The notes below the pieces were generated by a model. The model was not told the DNA's origin and ran no database searches. It was given only the letters and a program-made list of their open reading frames with translations. A program made the translations under genes and the position numbers. Positions 32,016 to 42,421 of a stretch of DNA of 64,000 nt are shown here, piece by piece. The stretch's first letter is position 1. Every line of letters starts with the position of its first letter. This stretch comes from an uncultured Mycoplasma sp. GTDB taxonomy: Bacteria; Bacillota_I; Bacilli_A; RF39; UBA660. The stretch spans positions 190 to 64,189 of the forward strand of contig CAMEEZ010000002.1 of NCBI GenBank assembly GCA_945915275.1, read 5' to 3'.

Positions 32016-32771
32016 ATGAAAATAGTAACATCTTTATTTATTTCTACAATTGCAGGTTGTGCCACTTTATTAGGTGGCTTTTTATCATATATAAATATTA
32101 CAAAAGAAAAAAGAAATAAATTTATAACCTTATGTTTAAGTTTTTCGCTTGCTATTATGCTTAGTTTAAGTGTTTTTGAGCTTATTCCAGAAACATTTAT
32201 TACTTTATTAAAAAATTATAAATTGATGACAACAAATTTAATAATAATAGCAATTTTTTTTATTGGAGTAGGGGCAATACTTTTATTAAATAAAATTATT
32301 ACTAAATTTTCAAAAAATGAAAGCAATTTATATAAATTAGGGATTCTAAATATGATTGCTTTAATGGCTCATAATCTTCCAGAAGGAATTGCTACATTTA
32401 TGTCATCATATAATAATATAAATCTAGGAATAAAAATTGCTATTGCTATTATGCTTCATAATATACCAGAAGGAATCAGTATAGCTGTACCAATCTACTA
32501 TGCAACAAAAAATAGAAAAAAAGCTTTAATGATGACTGCGATATCAAGTTTAGCTGAACCATTAGGGGCTATTTTATGTTATATATTTTTAAAACATTAT
32601 ATAAATGATATATCCATAGCAATTATATTAACTTTAGTTGCAGGAATAATGGTTACATTAGCAATCCATGAATTACTTCCTGAAGCTAAAAAATACAATG
32701 AAGAAAAGTATTTAAAATTTGGGATCATTGTTGGTGTATTACTAATGTTTATTAATATTTTTTTGTTATAA
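32016..32771 (+). CDS. zupT: ZIP-family zinc transporter (ZupT-like).
   Basis: HNLPEGIA and HNIPEGIS motifs, polytopic. Confidence 0.75.
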   Translation: MKIVTSLFISTIAGCATLLGGFLSYINITKEKRNKFITLCLSFSLAIMLSLSVFELIPETFITLLKNYKLMTTNLIIIAIFFIGVGAILLLNKIITKFSKNESNLYKLGILNMIALMAHNLPEGIATFMSSYNNINLGIKIAIAIMLHNIPEGISIAVPIYYATKNRKKALMMTAISSLAEPLGAILCYIFLKHYINDISIAIILTLVAGIMVTLAIHELLPEAKKYNEEKYLKFGIIVGVLLMFINIFLL

Positions 32772-32781
32772 AGGTGATTTT

Positions 32782-33375
32782 ATGAAGAGAGTAGGAGTAA
32801 TTCTTAGACAAGAAGATGTTACTGGAGTAATGAAACATTATGTAAGAGATTCATTATTAAATAAATTAGCTAATTATAATATAGAAGTATTATGTATTCC
32901 AATTATTAATAAAATAACTAATGTTTTTAAATTAATCGAATTATGTAATGGTATTATACTTCCTGGCGGAGATGATATAGCTGATAGTGATCTCAAAATA
33001 ATTGAATATTTATATCAAAAAGACATTCCAACGTTTGGAATATGTCTTGGTATGCAAGAAATGGCTGTTAATAATAAAGGGGCTTTAATTGACTTAAATA
33101 ACCTAAAACACTATAATACTATTCACAATATTAATATAAAATCTGATAGCTTATTATTTAAAATAATTAAAAAGAACAGAATCCAAGTTAATTCTATTCA
33201 CAAATCAATTGTTATTCAAACAGATTTAGATATAAGCGCAATATCAGAAGATAATATTGTAGAAGCTATCGAAGATAAGACTAAAAAGTTTTTTTTAGGA
33301 GTTCAGTGGCACCCTGAAAGGATGGAGGGGAAGGAGTCAGATTTATTATTTGATTACTTTATTAGCAAGCTGTAA
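32782..33375 (+). CDS. Class I glutamine amidotransferase-like / gamma-glutamyl hydrolase (peptidase C26) family protein.
   Basis: GICLGMQ nucleophile elbow and the WHPE motif. Confidence 0.6.
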   Translation: MKRVGVILRQEDVTGVMKHYVRDSLLNKLANYNIEVLCIPIINKITNVFKLIELCNGIILPGGDDIADSDLKIIEYLYQKDIPTFGICLGMQEMAVNNKGALIDLNNLKHYNTIHNINIKSDSLLFKIIKKNRIQVNSIHKSIVIQTDLDISAISEDNIVEAIEDKTKKFFLGVQWHPERMEGKESDLLFDYFISKL

Positions 33376-33453
33376 AAGTTAACATAATATATATTATGCG
33401 AACTTATATATAATTTAACATAATAAAAAGGAATATTAATTAATTCCTTATTA

Positions 33454-34236
33454 TTATACTTTTCTAGATTGAATTTCAGCAATTTTTTCAAATACTTCTG
33501 CAGCATTTTTTTCATTTATTTCTGTATAACCAAGTTCTTTTAATGCTTGTACTTTTGTAGTGTTTAGTTGTTGTGTACGGCTTAATTTTTCTTCATTTTT
33601 TTGTTCAATTTCTTGCACAAATCTTTTATGGCTTTCAGCTAATTTGCTCTTGCTTGCCCCACCATTATTATATAAAGTTAGGGCAGAATAAAGTATTCCT
33701 TCAAAAATAAATTGTTTTTCTTCATTAAATTTAAACTCATCAACTGGAATAAAACCAGTAGTTTTAGACATATATCCAAAAATATATTTAATCTCAGGTA
33801 CATTATCTAATGATTGTAACATATGATATAAATATTGAATAGCGTAAAAATTTTCTGTTTTCTTTTCATTTTCTAATAATTTTTCTTTTAATAAATATGT
33901 TATATCAGCTAGTAAATTTTGTTCTTCTTTATTTAATCCTTTTAAATCAAAATAATTATCCATGTCAGATGCAGATTTAACGCCTTGATTTAAACGATTT
34001 TCTACAGCCATTAAATAATCAGTAGTAACCTTAATTTTATCAATATCACTACCCTCTTCATTGTCTGTATCTAAATCTAATAATTTAAATAATAAGATTT
34101 TTTTCTCTTTTGGCCATTTATTTAAGTCTTCTAGTTCCAAGTAGTTATATACCATTTGTCTAGATACGCCTAAATATTTTGCTAAGCGAACTTTAGAAAC
34201 CCCTAATTCTTGTAATAATTCATTTAATTTATTCAT
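33454..34236 (-). CDS. Protein with an N-terminal helix-turn-helix (XRE-like) domain and an acidic linker.
   Basis: N-terminus LGVSKVRLAKYLGVSRQMVYNYLE. Confidence 0.5.
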   Translation of the reverse strand: MNKLNELLQELGVSKVRLAKYLGVSRQMVYNYLELEDLNKWPKEKKILLFKLLDLDTDNEEGSDIDKIKVTTDYLMAVENRLNQGVKSASDMDNYFDLKGLNKEEQNLLADITYLLKEKLLENEKKTENFYAIQYLYHMLQSLDNVPEIKYIFGYMSKTTGFIPVDEFKFNEEKQFIFEGILYSALTLYNNGGASKSKLAESHKRFVQEIEQKNEEKLSRTQQLNTTKVQALKELGYTEINEKNAAEVFEKIAEIQSRKV

Positions 34237-34349
34237 TTTTCTAAAACTCCTTACATCTGTTAATTTACAATTAAATTATACATTGCTTAACATTTTTTTG
34301 TCAATTACTTTTGATAATAATTATTATTAAAATAAATTATATGTTATAA

Positions 34350-35462
34350 TTAAATATACCATAATTTTTCATTATTTTTTCTTACTTCTTTAATAAAACC
34401 ACATCCCAAACATTCTTCATCATCATACAAAACGCATGCTTGGCCTGGGGTTACAGATTTAACTTTTTCTGGATATGATACCATAATTTCTTCATCATTT
34501 AAATAATCTAAAATAACAGGATAATCTTCCCCACGATATCTAAATTTTGCAGTACATTTTTGGGGTCTTTTTTTACTGATAAAATTGATGTTATCAATTA
34601 TACAAGAATCACTATATAAAAACTCACTATCATCTCCAAAAGCTACATAAAGAATATTATTTTCAACATTCTTTCCGCAAACATAATGTTTATCATGATG
34701 GCCACTTAATCCAACATTTCTTCTTTGGCCAATTGTATAATTCATTAAACCCGTATGTTCGCCAACTATATTTCCATTTTTTACATCTATGATTTTACCA
34801 GGATTTGGTTTAAGATAATTTTTTAAAAACTTTTGATAATTTCTTTCACCGATAAAACATATTCCAGTAGAATCTTTTTTATTTGCAACAAAAAGGTCCT
34901 GTTCTAACGCTATTTTTCTAACCTCTGGTTTTGTATAATTTCCGATAGGAAATAATACGTCTTTAAATTGTGAAGTTGAAACATCAGCCAAGAAATATGT
35001 TTGATCTTTATTTAAATCTTTAGCACGTTTTAGTATACCATTTTCTATTCTTGCATAATGACCAGTAGCTATATAATCAGCTCCTAGTCTACGAGCTTCT
35101 TTAATAAACAAATCAAATTTAATAAATTTATTGCATAACATATCTGGATTAGGAGTTCTTCCTTTTTTCAATTCTTCAAGAAAATAAGTAAATACATAAT
35201 CCCAATATTCTTTTATAAAATCAACTCTTTTTAAAGGAATATTAAGTTTTTTACACACTTCTAAAGCATCGTTATAATCCTTTTCTTGAGGGCATATTTC
35301 ATTAGGATTATTATTATTACCTTCAATATCATTATTAATCATAGAATCCCAATTACGCATAAATAATCCTACTACATCATAACCATCTTTTTTTAATAAA
35401 TAAGCAGCGACTGCAGAATCTACTCCCCCACTCATTCCAACAACAACTTTTTTCATATACAT
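34350..35462 (-). CDS. mnmA: tRNA-specific 2-thiouridylase MnmA.
   Basis: VVVGMSGGVDSAVAAYLL PP-loop, the catalytic Cys region, ~370 aa. Confidence 0.9.
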   Translation of the reverse strand: MYMKKVVVGMSGGVDSAVAAYLLKKDGYDVVGLFMRNWDSMINNDIEGNNNNPNEICPQEKDYNDALEVCKKLNIPLKRVDFIKEYWDYVFTYFLEELKKGRTPNPDMLCNKFIKFDLFIKEARRLGADYIATGHYARIENGILKRAKDLNKDQTYFLADVSTSQFKDVLFPIGNYTKPEVRKIALEQDLFVANKKDSTGICFIGERNYQKFLKNYLKPNPGKIIDVKNGNIVGEHTGLMNYTIGQRRNVGLSGHHDKHYVCGKNVENNILYVAFGDDSEFLYSDSCIIDNINFISKKRPQKCTAKFRYRGEDYPVILDYLNDEEIMVSYPEKVKSVTPGQACVLYDDEECLGCGFIKEVRKNNEKLWYI

Positions 35463-35485
35463 CACGTGTCATATTATATCATATT

Positions 35486-36031
35486 TTATAATATTTTAGT
35501 TAAAAACATCACAAATTTATATCCAATAAAATAATTAAATGTTTCTATTATAATTCCTGTTAACGAAAAAATAATAGATTGTTTAATATGGAGAAGCAAT
35601 TTTTCTTTCTGATACTTTTGCTTGCTAATTAAACTTCGACTTATTTTAAAACAACTATAACTTATAAATACAAGTAATAAAAAGTAAGGAAATCTAAAAA
35701 TAAAAATGATTATAGCTATAATAAATCCTTTAATATTAAATTTTAAAATTAAAGTAAACAAAAGAATTATAAAACTGGTGATTTCAAAGCTGTAGACATA
35801 TATTCCTAAAATGAATCCAAAAAGTAAAAATGAAAAAAAGAAAATTAAAAAAAAGGAAGATATATGATAAAAAAAATTATTTCTACAAATATTTTCTAAA
35901 TTTATTTCCTTTAAATCAATAATATCTTTTATTTTAAAATAATATATTATTCCAAAAATAATCGCAATAATTGTTATAAATATTAAAAATTTAAAATATT
36001 TGTTTTTTTTGAGGCTTGTCCAATTTATCAT
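35486..36031 (-). CDS. Polytopic membrane protein of 181 aa.
   Basis: Hydrophobic ORF lying between pilD and mnmA on the same strand. Confidence 0.4.
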   Translation of the reverse strand: MINWTSLKKNKYFKFLIFITIIAIIFGIIYYFKIKDIIDLKEINLENICRNNFFYHISSFFLIFFFSFLLFGFILGIYVYSFEITSFIILLFTLILKFNIKGFIIAIIIFIFRFPYFLLLVFISYSCFKISRSLISKQKYQKEKLLLHIKQSIIFSLTGIIIETFNYFIGYKFVMFLTKIL

Positions 36032-36095
36032 ATAATCACCATTTAATTATATTGCATTACTTTTTAATTTATGATAAATTATTAATGGTGATTAT

Positions 36096-36191
36096 ATGAA
36101 AAAGAAAACAAAAAAAATAGTTGCTTGGGCAATGCTAATAACGATGGTTGCAAGCGTAATTGCTAGTTTCCTAGCATACATTAAATTTTAA
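36096..36191 (+). CDS. Possible 31-aa single-TM peptide.
   Basis: MKKKTKKIVAWAMLITMVASVIASFLAYIKF with a weak GGTGA RBS. It overlaps the pilD 3' end. Confidence 0.15.
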   Translation: MKKKTKKIVAWAMLITMVASVIASFLAYIKF

Positions 36192-36939
36192 AGAAAAAAT
36201 CTAGTAAATTAATAAATTTATCCATGTAGATAAATACAATTGTTGCTGCAGAAATTATAAAAGGTCCAAATGGGACTTCTTTTTTTTCGGATAAATATGC
36301 ACTTCCTAAGGCATACGGTAGCGCTAAAAAGCTGGATAAAATAAGAGATATAAGACTTAATCTAATTCCTAAAATTATCCCCAAAACAAAGGCCAACTTT
36401 ATATCTCCACCACCTAATGATTCTCTTTTAAATAAAAAATCACCAAACTTCTTAGTCATCAACATAATTAATAACATTATAATACCACTTAAAACAGCTA
36501 AAAGAGCCGTTTTAAAACCATAATAATACCATTTTAAAGCAAATATACCTATTGATGTTAAAAGAAGCGGAGAATCTAAAATAATGTAATACTTAAAATC
36601 TGTTATAAAAATAATAATTAATAGTGAAAAAATTAATAAGCAAGCAAAAAATGAATAGCTAATACCAAAAATTAAATAAGCTGAAACAAAAGCTAATCCT
36701 GTTGCTAATTCAACAACAGGATATATTATTGATAAATTTTCTTTACAATATCTACACTTTCCTAAATTAAATAAATATGAAAAAATTGGAATCAAGTCAT
36801 ACCATTTAAGTTCTTGATTACAATACTCACAATGACTTCCTGGATATATTAATGACTCATTCTTCGGCAATCTAGTTCCTAAAACTAAGAAAAAAGAGCC
36901 AAAAATACTTCCTAAAATGAATAAAAATGCTATTTCCAT
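36181..36939 (-). CDS. Type IV prepilin peptidase (A24 family, PilD/ComC/TadV-like).
   Basis: N-terminal Zn-binding CxxC...CxxC (CEYCNQEL...CRYCKENL), polytopic, ~250 aa. Confidence 0.8.
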   Translation of the reverse strand: MEIAFLFILGSIFGSFFLVLGTRLPKNESLIYPGSHCEYCNQELKWYDLIPIFSYLFNLGKCRYCKENLSIIYPVVELATGLAFVSAYLIFGISYSFFACLLIFSLLIIIFITDFKYYIILDSPLLLTSIGIFALKWYYYGFKTALLAVLSGIIMLLIMLMTKKFGDFLFKRESLGGGDIKLAFVLGIILGIRLSLISLILSSFLALPYALGSAYLSEKKEVPFGPFIISAATIVFIYMDKFINLLDFFFKI

Positions 36940-36954
36940 ATTAATCCCTCTTTA

Positions 36955-38502
36955 TTAAATATTATCATAGAATCCAAACATTGGAACAATTACTGCTAAA
37001 ATAATAATTCCAACTACAAAAGCCAAAGAAGTAATCATAATTGGCTCAATGAAACTCTTCAAACTATTTACAATATTACGATGCATCTCTTGATAATATT
37101 CACTTACTTTTTGCATCATCTCTGCAAGTTCTCCAGTAGATTCCCCAGTAACAATCATATAATATGCTACATCAGGAATTGCCCAATGGTCCTTAAAAGA
37201 ATCACTTATTTTATTTCCTTTTACTATATTATTAATAGTATTATACATTATATCTTTATATATTTCATTTTTAGTTATTTTACTTAATATTTCCATACTA
37301 TCAGTTATAAATACATTATTTTTTAAAAGAGAAGCAAAGGTTTTTGTAAATATAGTTATTTCATTATATATTATTATTTTACCTATTACTGGCATCTTCA
37401 TTAAAATTGATTGTATTACAGTTCGAAAAACTATTATTTTTTTATATAACAATACAAATACTATAATTATTAATATTGTTATTAGCAATATATTCAATAT
37501 GTTTTCGCCTAAAAAATTACTAAGGTTTATTATAAATGCAGTTAAACCAGTAATCTCTGCATCAGCTTGTTCATAAATCCCTACAAATTCTGGTATTACA
37601 TATATCAAAATAAAAGTAATAACTCCAATTGCAAAAATCATAATAATTGAAGGATAAGTCATAGCACTAATCATTTGCTTTTTAGTCTTATCTACTTCTG
37701 TATAATACTCTGTCATATCTTCCAAGGTTTCAATCAAGGTTCCTGTAGCTTCGGCAGCTTTAATCATATTTATCAATAACGGTGGAAACATATTTCCTTG
37801 TTTCTCTAAAGCAGCTGAAAAAGTTTCTCCTAAAGATAATTCGTATGAAATTGCTTTAAATGCTCTTTGCTTAGACTTGTTGTTTTTCGCCATTTGTTTA
37901 GACAATATTTTTAATGCCTCTGTAAGAGTTATTCCAGCTTTTAAATATGTACTTAATTGAGTAAGCCAGAAAATAAGATCTTTAACTGACATTGTTGATT
38001 TAAAAAAAGTAGTTTCACCATATAAGAATTGAATCCATTTAGATGTTTTTATTATGTAAACGTCATACCCATCATTAACTAAAAAGGTATTTACATCAAA
38101 TTTTGAATAACCATATATTGTTCCATCAACTATTTTACCATCTGAATTCATCCCTTTAAAATAAAATAATATTGGCTTTTTACTCCTAATTTCCGAATCA
38201 TTTTCTAATTCTTTTTGTAATTGTGCTCTTAAATCAGCCATTTTTTGTAACGTAGAATCACTATATTTATATATTTTTTTAGCAGAATTTTGATTGACCT
38301 GATTTTTTATCTCAGGTTTCATATTTTCGCCTTTAAATTTTCTATATGTTTTATCAACTCTATAACTGATCATTTCATAAAGAATTACGGGTAATCTAAA
38401 AAAAACAAAAATAAATCCATTAAACGCGTTTAATAATATGTAATATATATTTAGTATCGGGAATAAAAATGGATTTGTTTTTTTAACTTCTGATTCATTC
38501 AT
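36955..38502 (-). CDS. GspF/PilC-family inner-membrane platform protein with a ~170-aa N-terminal extension.
   Basis: Two T2SSF-domain repeats and 3 TM segments. No secretion ATPase adjacent. Confidence 0.7.
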   Translation of the reverse strand: MNESEVKKTNPFLFPILNIYYILLNAFNGFIFVFFRLPVILYEMISYRVDKTYRKFKGENMKPEIKNQVNQNSAKKIYKYSDSTLQKMADLRAQLQKELENDSEIRSKKPILFYFKGMNSDGKIVDGTIYGYSKFDVNTFLVNDGYDVYIIKTSKWIQFLYGETTFFKSTMSVKDLIFWLTQLSTYLKAGITLTEALKILSKQMAKNNKSKQRAFKAISYELSLGETFSAALEKQGNMFPPLLINMIKAAEATGTLIETLEDMTEYYTEVDKTKKQMISAMTYPSIIMIFAIGVITFILIYVIPEFVGIYEQADAEITGLTAFIINLSNFLGENILNILLITILIIIVFVLLYKKIIVFRTVIQSILMKMPVIGKIIIYNEITIFTKTFASLLKNNVFITDSMEILSKITKNEIYKDIMYNTINNIVKGNKISDSFKDHWAIPDVAYYMIVTGESTGELAEMMQKVSEYYQEMHRNIVNSLKSFIEPIMITSLAFVVGIIILAVIVPMFGFYDNI

Positions 38503-38599
38503 AAATATACTCCCTCTATTCTTAAAAATTATAACACATTTAATATATTTTTACTAGAAGTTTTAAATATATTTTATTTATTATCATATTATATATTAG

Positions 38600-38878
38600 G
38601 TGATTTGTATGTTTGGAAATACACCAACGAATGGTTTAACAATAGGAAGAATAATTTCTGGTATATCAAAATCTTTGAATGTTGTTAATCAATTAATACC
38701 TTTATATCGAGAAGTAAAACCAGTAATTGGAAATGCCAAAACAATTCTGGGAACATTAAAAGAGCTAGGAACTTCTTCTAAAGAGAAAAAATCATTTATA
38801 AATAAACCAAAAATAAAAGAAAAAGATATTTCACTTAGTGAAAATATCTCTAATAATAATCCAGTATTTTTTAATTAA
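38600..38878 (+). CDS. Hypothetical small protein of 92 aa.
   Basis: ORF in the divergent intergenic region with weak signals. Confidence 0.25.
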   Translation: MICMFGNTPTNGLTIGRIISGISKSLNVVNQLIPLYREVKPVIGNAKTILGTLKELGTSSKEKKSFINKPKIKEKDISLSENISNNNPVFFN

Positions 38879-39518
38879 TATATTTATTTAAAAGTTCTAT
38901 TTTTTCTTTTATTTTTTTATAATTATTATTTTTTGTATTTTTAATATCTTCTAATATCAAGCTTAATTTTTGGATTTGTTTTCTATAAAATTCTTTTGAT
39001 TCAGGATTATATACTCCAACAATTAACTCTGTATCAGTATTTTTTTTAATATCTTTATATGCCAATATTATAATATAATCTTTATTTTTTTCATAAACAT
39101 GATTCTCTTTTTTTATGTAAAATCCAATAGAATTTAAAAATCTTCTTAATAATTCTAAGTCATTATTACTCTGAATAATCAATTTATTAATTTTATTAAG
39201 TGAGGAATATTCTTGAAGAATTTTTATAATTGTATTTGCTCCCATTCCAGCAATTATAATTGTATTTATTTGTTCTTTAATATTTTTAAGCCCATCTGTT
39301 AAATACAATTTTATCTTATTATCCAATTGGTAATTTTTAATATTATTTAATGCTATATTATAAGGACCTTTGGCTACTTCAGTAGATATTACTTTTTTGC
39401 ATAAGTTATTTTGGGCTAAATATATACTCAAATATGCATGATCGCATCCCACATCCACAACATAATCATCTTTATTGACTAAATTGGATATTGCTTTTAA
39501 TCTTTTAGATAATTTCAT
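38871..39518 (-). CDS. trmK: tRNA (adenine22-N1)-methyltransferase TrmK (YqfN-like).
   Basis: VVDVGCDHAYLSIYL SAM-binding motif. Position after sigA as in B. subtilis. Confidence 0.75.
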   Translation of the reverse strand: MKLSKRLKAISNLVNKDDYVVDVGCDHAYLSIYLAQNNLCKKVISTEVAKGPYNIALNNIKNYQLDNKIKLYLTDGLKNIKEQINTIIIAGMGANTIIKILQEYSSLNKINKLIIQSNNDLELLRRFLNSIGFYIKKENHVYEKNKDYIIILAYKDIKKNTDTELIVGVYNPESKEFYRKQIQKLSLILEDIKNTKNNNYKKIKEKIELLNKYIN

Positions 39519-39519
39519 T

Positions 39520-40611
39520 TTATTCCGATAAAAAATCCTTTAATTTTTTAGCTCTAGATGGATGCCGCAATTTTCTTAGGGCTTTTGCTTCAATTTGTCT
39601 TATTCTTTCTCGCGTTACATTAAATCTTTTTCCAACTTCTTCTAGGGTATGGCATGTTCCATCAATAAGTCCAAAGCGTAATTCTAATACTTCTTGTTCT
39701 CTTTCTTGTAAAGTCATTAAAACACTTTTTATTTCTTCTTTTAAAATTTCATTAGTTGTATATTCTTCTGGTGACATACTTGTTTCATCTTTAAGAAAAT
39801 CCCCTAAATGTGAGTCATCTTCTTCTCCTATTGGAGTTTCTAATGATACTGGTTCTTGGCTTATTTTCATTACCTCACGAACTTTTTCAACTGTAACTCC
39901 CATTTTTTCAGCTAATTCTTCTTCGGATGGTTCTCTATTAAGTTCGAGCGTTAATTGTCTTTGAATACGAGCCATTTTATTGATAGTTTCAACCATATGA
40001 ACAGGAACTCTTATTGTTCTTGCTTGATCTGCTAATGCTCTAGTAATCGCTTGTCTAATCCACCATGTTGCATATGTCGAAAATTTATATCCCTTGCCAT
40101 AATCAAATTTTTCTACAGCTTTCATTAATCCAATATTACCTTCTTGAATTAAATCTAAGAATAATAATCCTCTTCCAACATACCTTTTAGCAATTGATAC
40201 TACTAAACGCAAATTTGATTCTGCCAACAAATTTTTTGCTTCTTCATCTCCATTAGCAATACGCATACTAATTTCTAATTCTTCTTCACTTGAAAGCAAA
40301 CTTATTCTTCCGATTTCTTTTAAATACATCCTTACAGGATCATTAATATTAACATCTTTAGTAATATCTTCATCGCTTAAAATAATAGGTTCATTTTCCC
40401 TTGAAGCTCCTCCGCTTGAAGATGATTCCTCTTCAGTCACGACTTCTATATCATTTTCTACTAATAAATTATATAATTCATCTAACGCATCAGCATCTAC
40501 GTCCAACCCTTTTAAGGCGTTAGCTAATTGTTCGTATGTAATATAACCTTGCTCATGTCCTAAGACTAGTAGCTCACTTTTTCTTTCCTCTAATGTTTTA
40601 ATTTCTTTCAT
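39520..40611 (-). CDS. sigA: Primary RNA polymerase sigma factor SigA (RpoD).
   Basis: Regions 1.2-4 are present, including ...[13 protein letters not shown]... and the acidic region. It follows dnaG. Confidence 0.95.
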   Translation of the reverse strand: MKEIKTLEERKSELLVLGHEQGYITYEQLANALKGLDVDADALDELYNLLVENDIEVVTEEESSSSGGASRENEPIILSDEDITKDVNINDPVRMYLKEIGRISLLSSEEELEISMRIANGDEEAKNLLAESNLRLVVSIAKRYVGRGLLFLDLIQEGNIGLMKAVEKFDYGKGYKFSTYATWWIRQAITRALADQARTIRVPVHMVETINKMARIQRQLTLELNREPSEEELAEKMGVTVEKVREVMKISQEPVSLETPIGEEDDSHLGDFLKDETSMSPEEYTTNEILKEEIKSVLMTLQEREQEVLELRFGLIDGTCHTLEEVGKRFNVTRERIRQIEAKALRKLRHPSRAKKLKDFLSE

Positions 40612-42346
40612 TGCTTACACTTCCTTTTTTTAATTCCATTAATTTATTTGCTAGTTCCGTTTTTTTATTTATATCCAAAGTTGTCTTCATTTCTTCTTTT
40701 ATTTTTTTTATTTTGTTTTTAATATTTATTTCTTTAATAATTTTAATATAATTTTTAAAATTTTCCTCTGTCAAATCTTCTTCATATGTTCCAATTATTT
40801 TTAAAACCATAGGATTTATTTCATCTTTATTAGAAATATAAGATATAAATAAAGCAACATTTATATTATTATATTTTTCAAAAAAATACAAGATTTCATT
40901 AATTATATTTCGATAGTTTTTATCATCAATAAATATATTATCAACTTTATACATTCTTATGTAATATGGATCATTTATTAAATAATAAATAATCATTTCA
41001 CATGCCTTATCATATTTTGATTTAAGCCTATTTTTGGTTTGAACAAGCTCAATAGTATTATTTTGTTTACTTTCATCTAAAATAATCTCATTTTTTAGAA
41101 CTTCTATAGGAATGTCATAATCTTCACTTAATTTTTTTATGGTTAATTCTTTCGTTAGATTATCATTTATCTTTTTTACACTATTTAATACTTCTTTTAC
41201 AAAAGCTACCAAATCTGCTGTGCTTTTAAGATTCTTATTTTTTTGATAATAAAACATTTTAAAATCCATAAAACTTTTTTTGGCTTTAATTGCTTCATTC
41301 ATTTTATCGATTCCCATATTAATTAAATAATCATCTGGATCTTTATAGTCACTAAGTCGAACAACAAATGTTTCAATATTATTATTTTCTAAGGCTTGTC
41401 CATTATTAATAGTAGCAATTTCTCCGGCATCATCATTATCTAATAAGAGAATGACCTTAGATCTAAGTTTTTTTATAATCTCAATATGATCTTTAGTTAA
41501 AGTTGTTCCCATTAATGCAATAGTATTTTTAAATCCCATACTATACATTCTAATAGCATCCATATTTCCTTCGACTATTATTACTTCTCTTTTTTCTTTA
41601 ATAAAATCTTTAGCACGATGATAATTGAAAAGAATTTGTCCTTTTTTAAAAATATCACTTTCTTTAGAATTATAATATTTAGCGCTTGTTTCATTATTAT
41701 AAATTCTTCCTGTAAATCCGACTACTTGACCTTCTAAATCGTGAATAGGAAAAATAATACGATTAATAAAGCTATCATAAATATTTACACCATCAATATT
41801 AATTAAACCTAATTTTCTTATATCTGAATTAGTAAATCCCTTTTTTTCTAACAAATTATATAATGAATTTTTTTCGTTAAGTGAAAGGCCAATATTAAAT
41901 TCGTTAATTATATTTTCATTAATGTTTCGCTTTTCTAAATATTTTTTTGCTTTAATCCCCGAAGATGTATTCAAATTATTTTTATAAAACATTTCAGCTA
42001 TTTCCATGGCTTTATATAGATTATCATTTTTGGTATTTTTTTTGGTTTCTTCAATAACAATATTATAACCTATTTTTTCAGCAACCATTCGCACACTATC
42101 AATAAACGATACATTTTCATAATTCTGAACAAAGGTAAAAACATTGCCAGCAGCACCACAAGAAAAACACTTATATATTTGTTTTTCACTTGAAACACTC
42201 ATACTTGGAGAATGGTCATTATGAAATGGGCATACACCAAAAAAATTCTTCCCCTTTTGTGTTAAAGGAAGATAATCAGAAATAATATCAACTATATTAG
42301 CGCTATTTCTTATAGCTTCAATCTCTGAATCCTCTAAAAAAGCCAT
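40598..42346 (-). CDS. dnaG: DNA primase.
   Basis: Zn-ribbon [10 protein letters not shown]...CFSCG, Toprim EGNMD and DDAG motifs. Confidence 0.9.
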   Translation of the reverse strand: MAFLEDSEIEAIRNSANIVDIISDYLPLTQKGKNFFGVCPFHNDHSPSMSVSSEKQIYKCFSCGAAGNVFTFVQNYENVSFIDSVRMVAEKIGYNIVIEETKKNTKNDNLYKAMEIAEMFYKNNLNTSSGIKAKKYLEKRNINENIINEFNIGLSLNEKNSLYNLLEKKGFTNSDIRKLGLINIDGVNIYDSFINRIIFPIHDLEGQVVGFTGRIYNNETSAKYYNSKESDIFKKGQILFNYHRAKDFIKEKREVIIVEGNMDAIRMYSMGFKNTIALMGTTLTKDHIEIIKKLRSKVILLLDNDDAGEIATINNGQALENNNIETFVVRLSDYKDPDDYLINMGIDKMNEAIKAKKSFMDFKMFYYQKNKNLKSTADLVAFVKEVLNSVKKINDNLTKELTIKKLSEDYDIPIEVLKNEIILDESKQNNTIELVQTKNRLKSKYDKACEMIIYYLINDPYYIRMYKVDNIFIDDKNYRNIINEILYFFEKYNNINVALFISYISNKDEINPMVLKIIGTYEEDLTEENFKNYIKIIKEINIKNKIKKIKEEMKTTLDINKKTELANKLMELKKGSVSNERN

Positions 42347-42421
42347 AAAATCGCTCCTCTAATACTATTTATTACAAATAAATTTATTATTTCCTTTATT
42401 TTTTGACAAAAAAATGCAATT

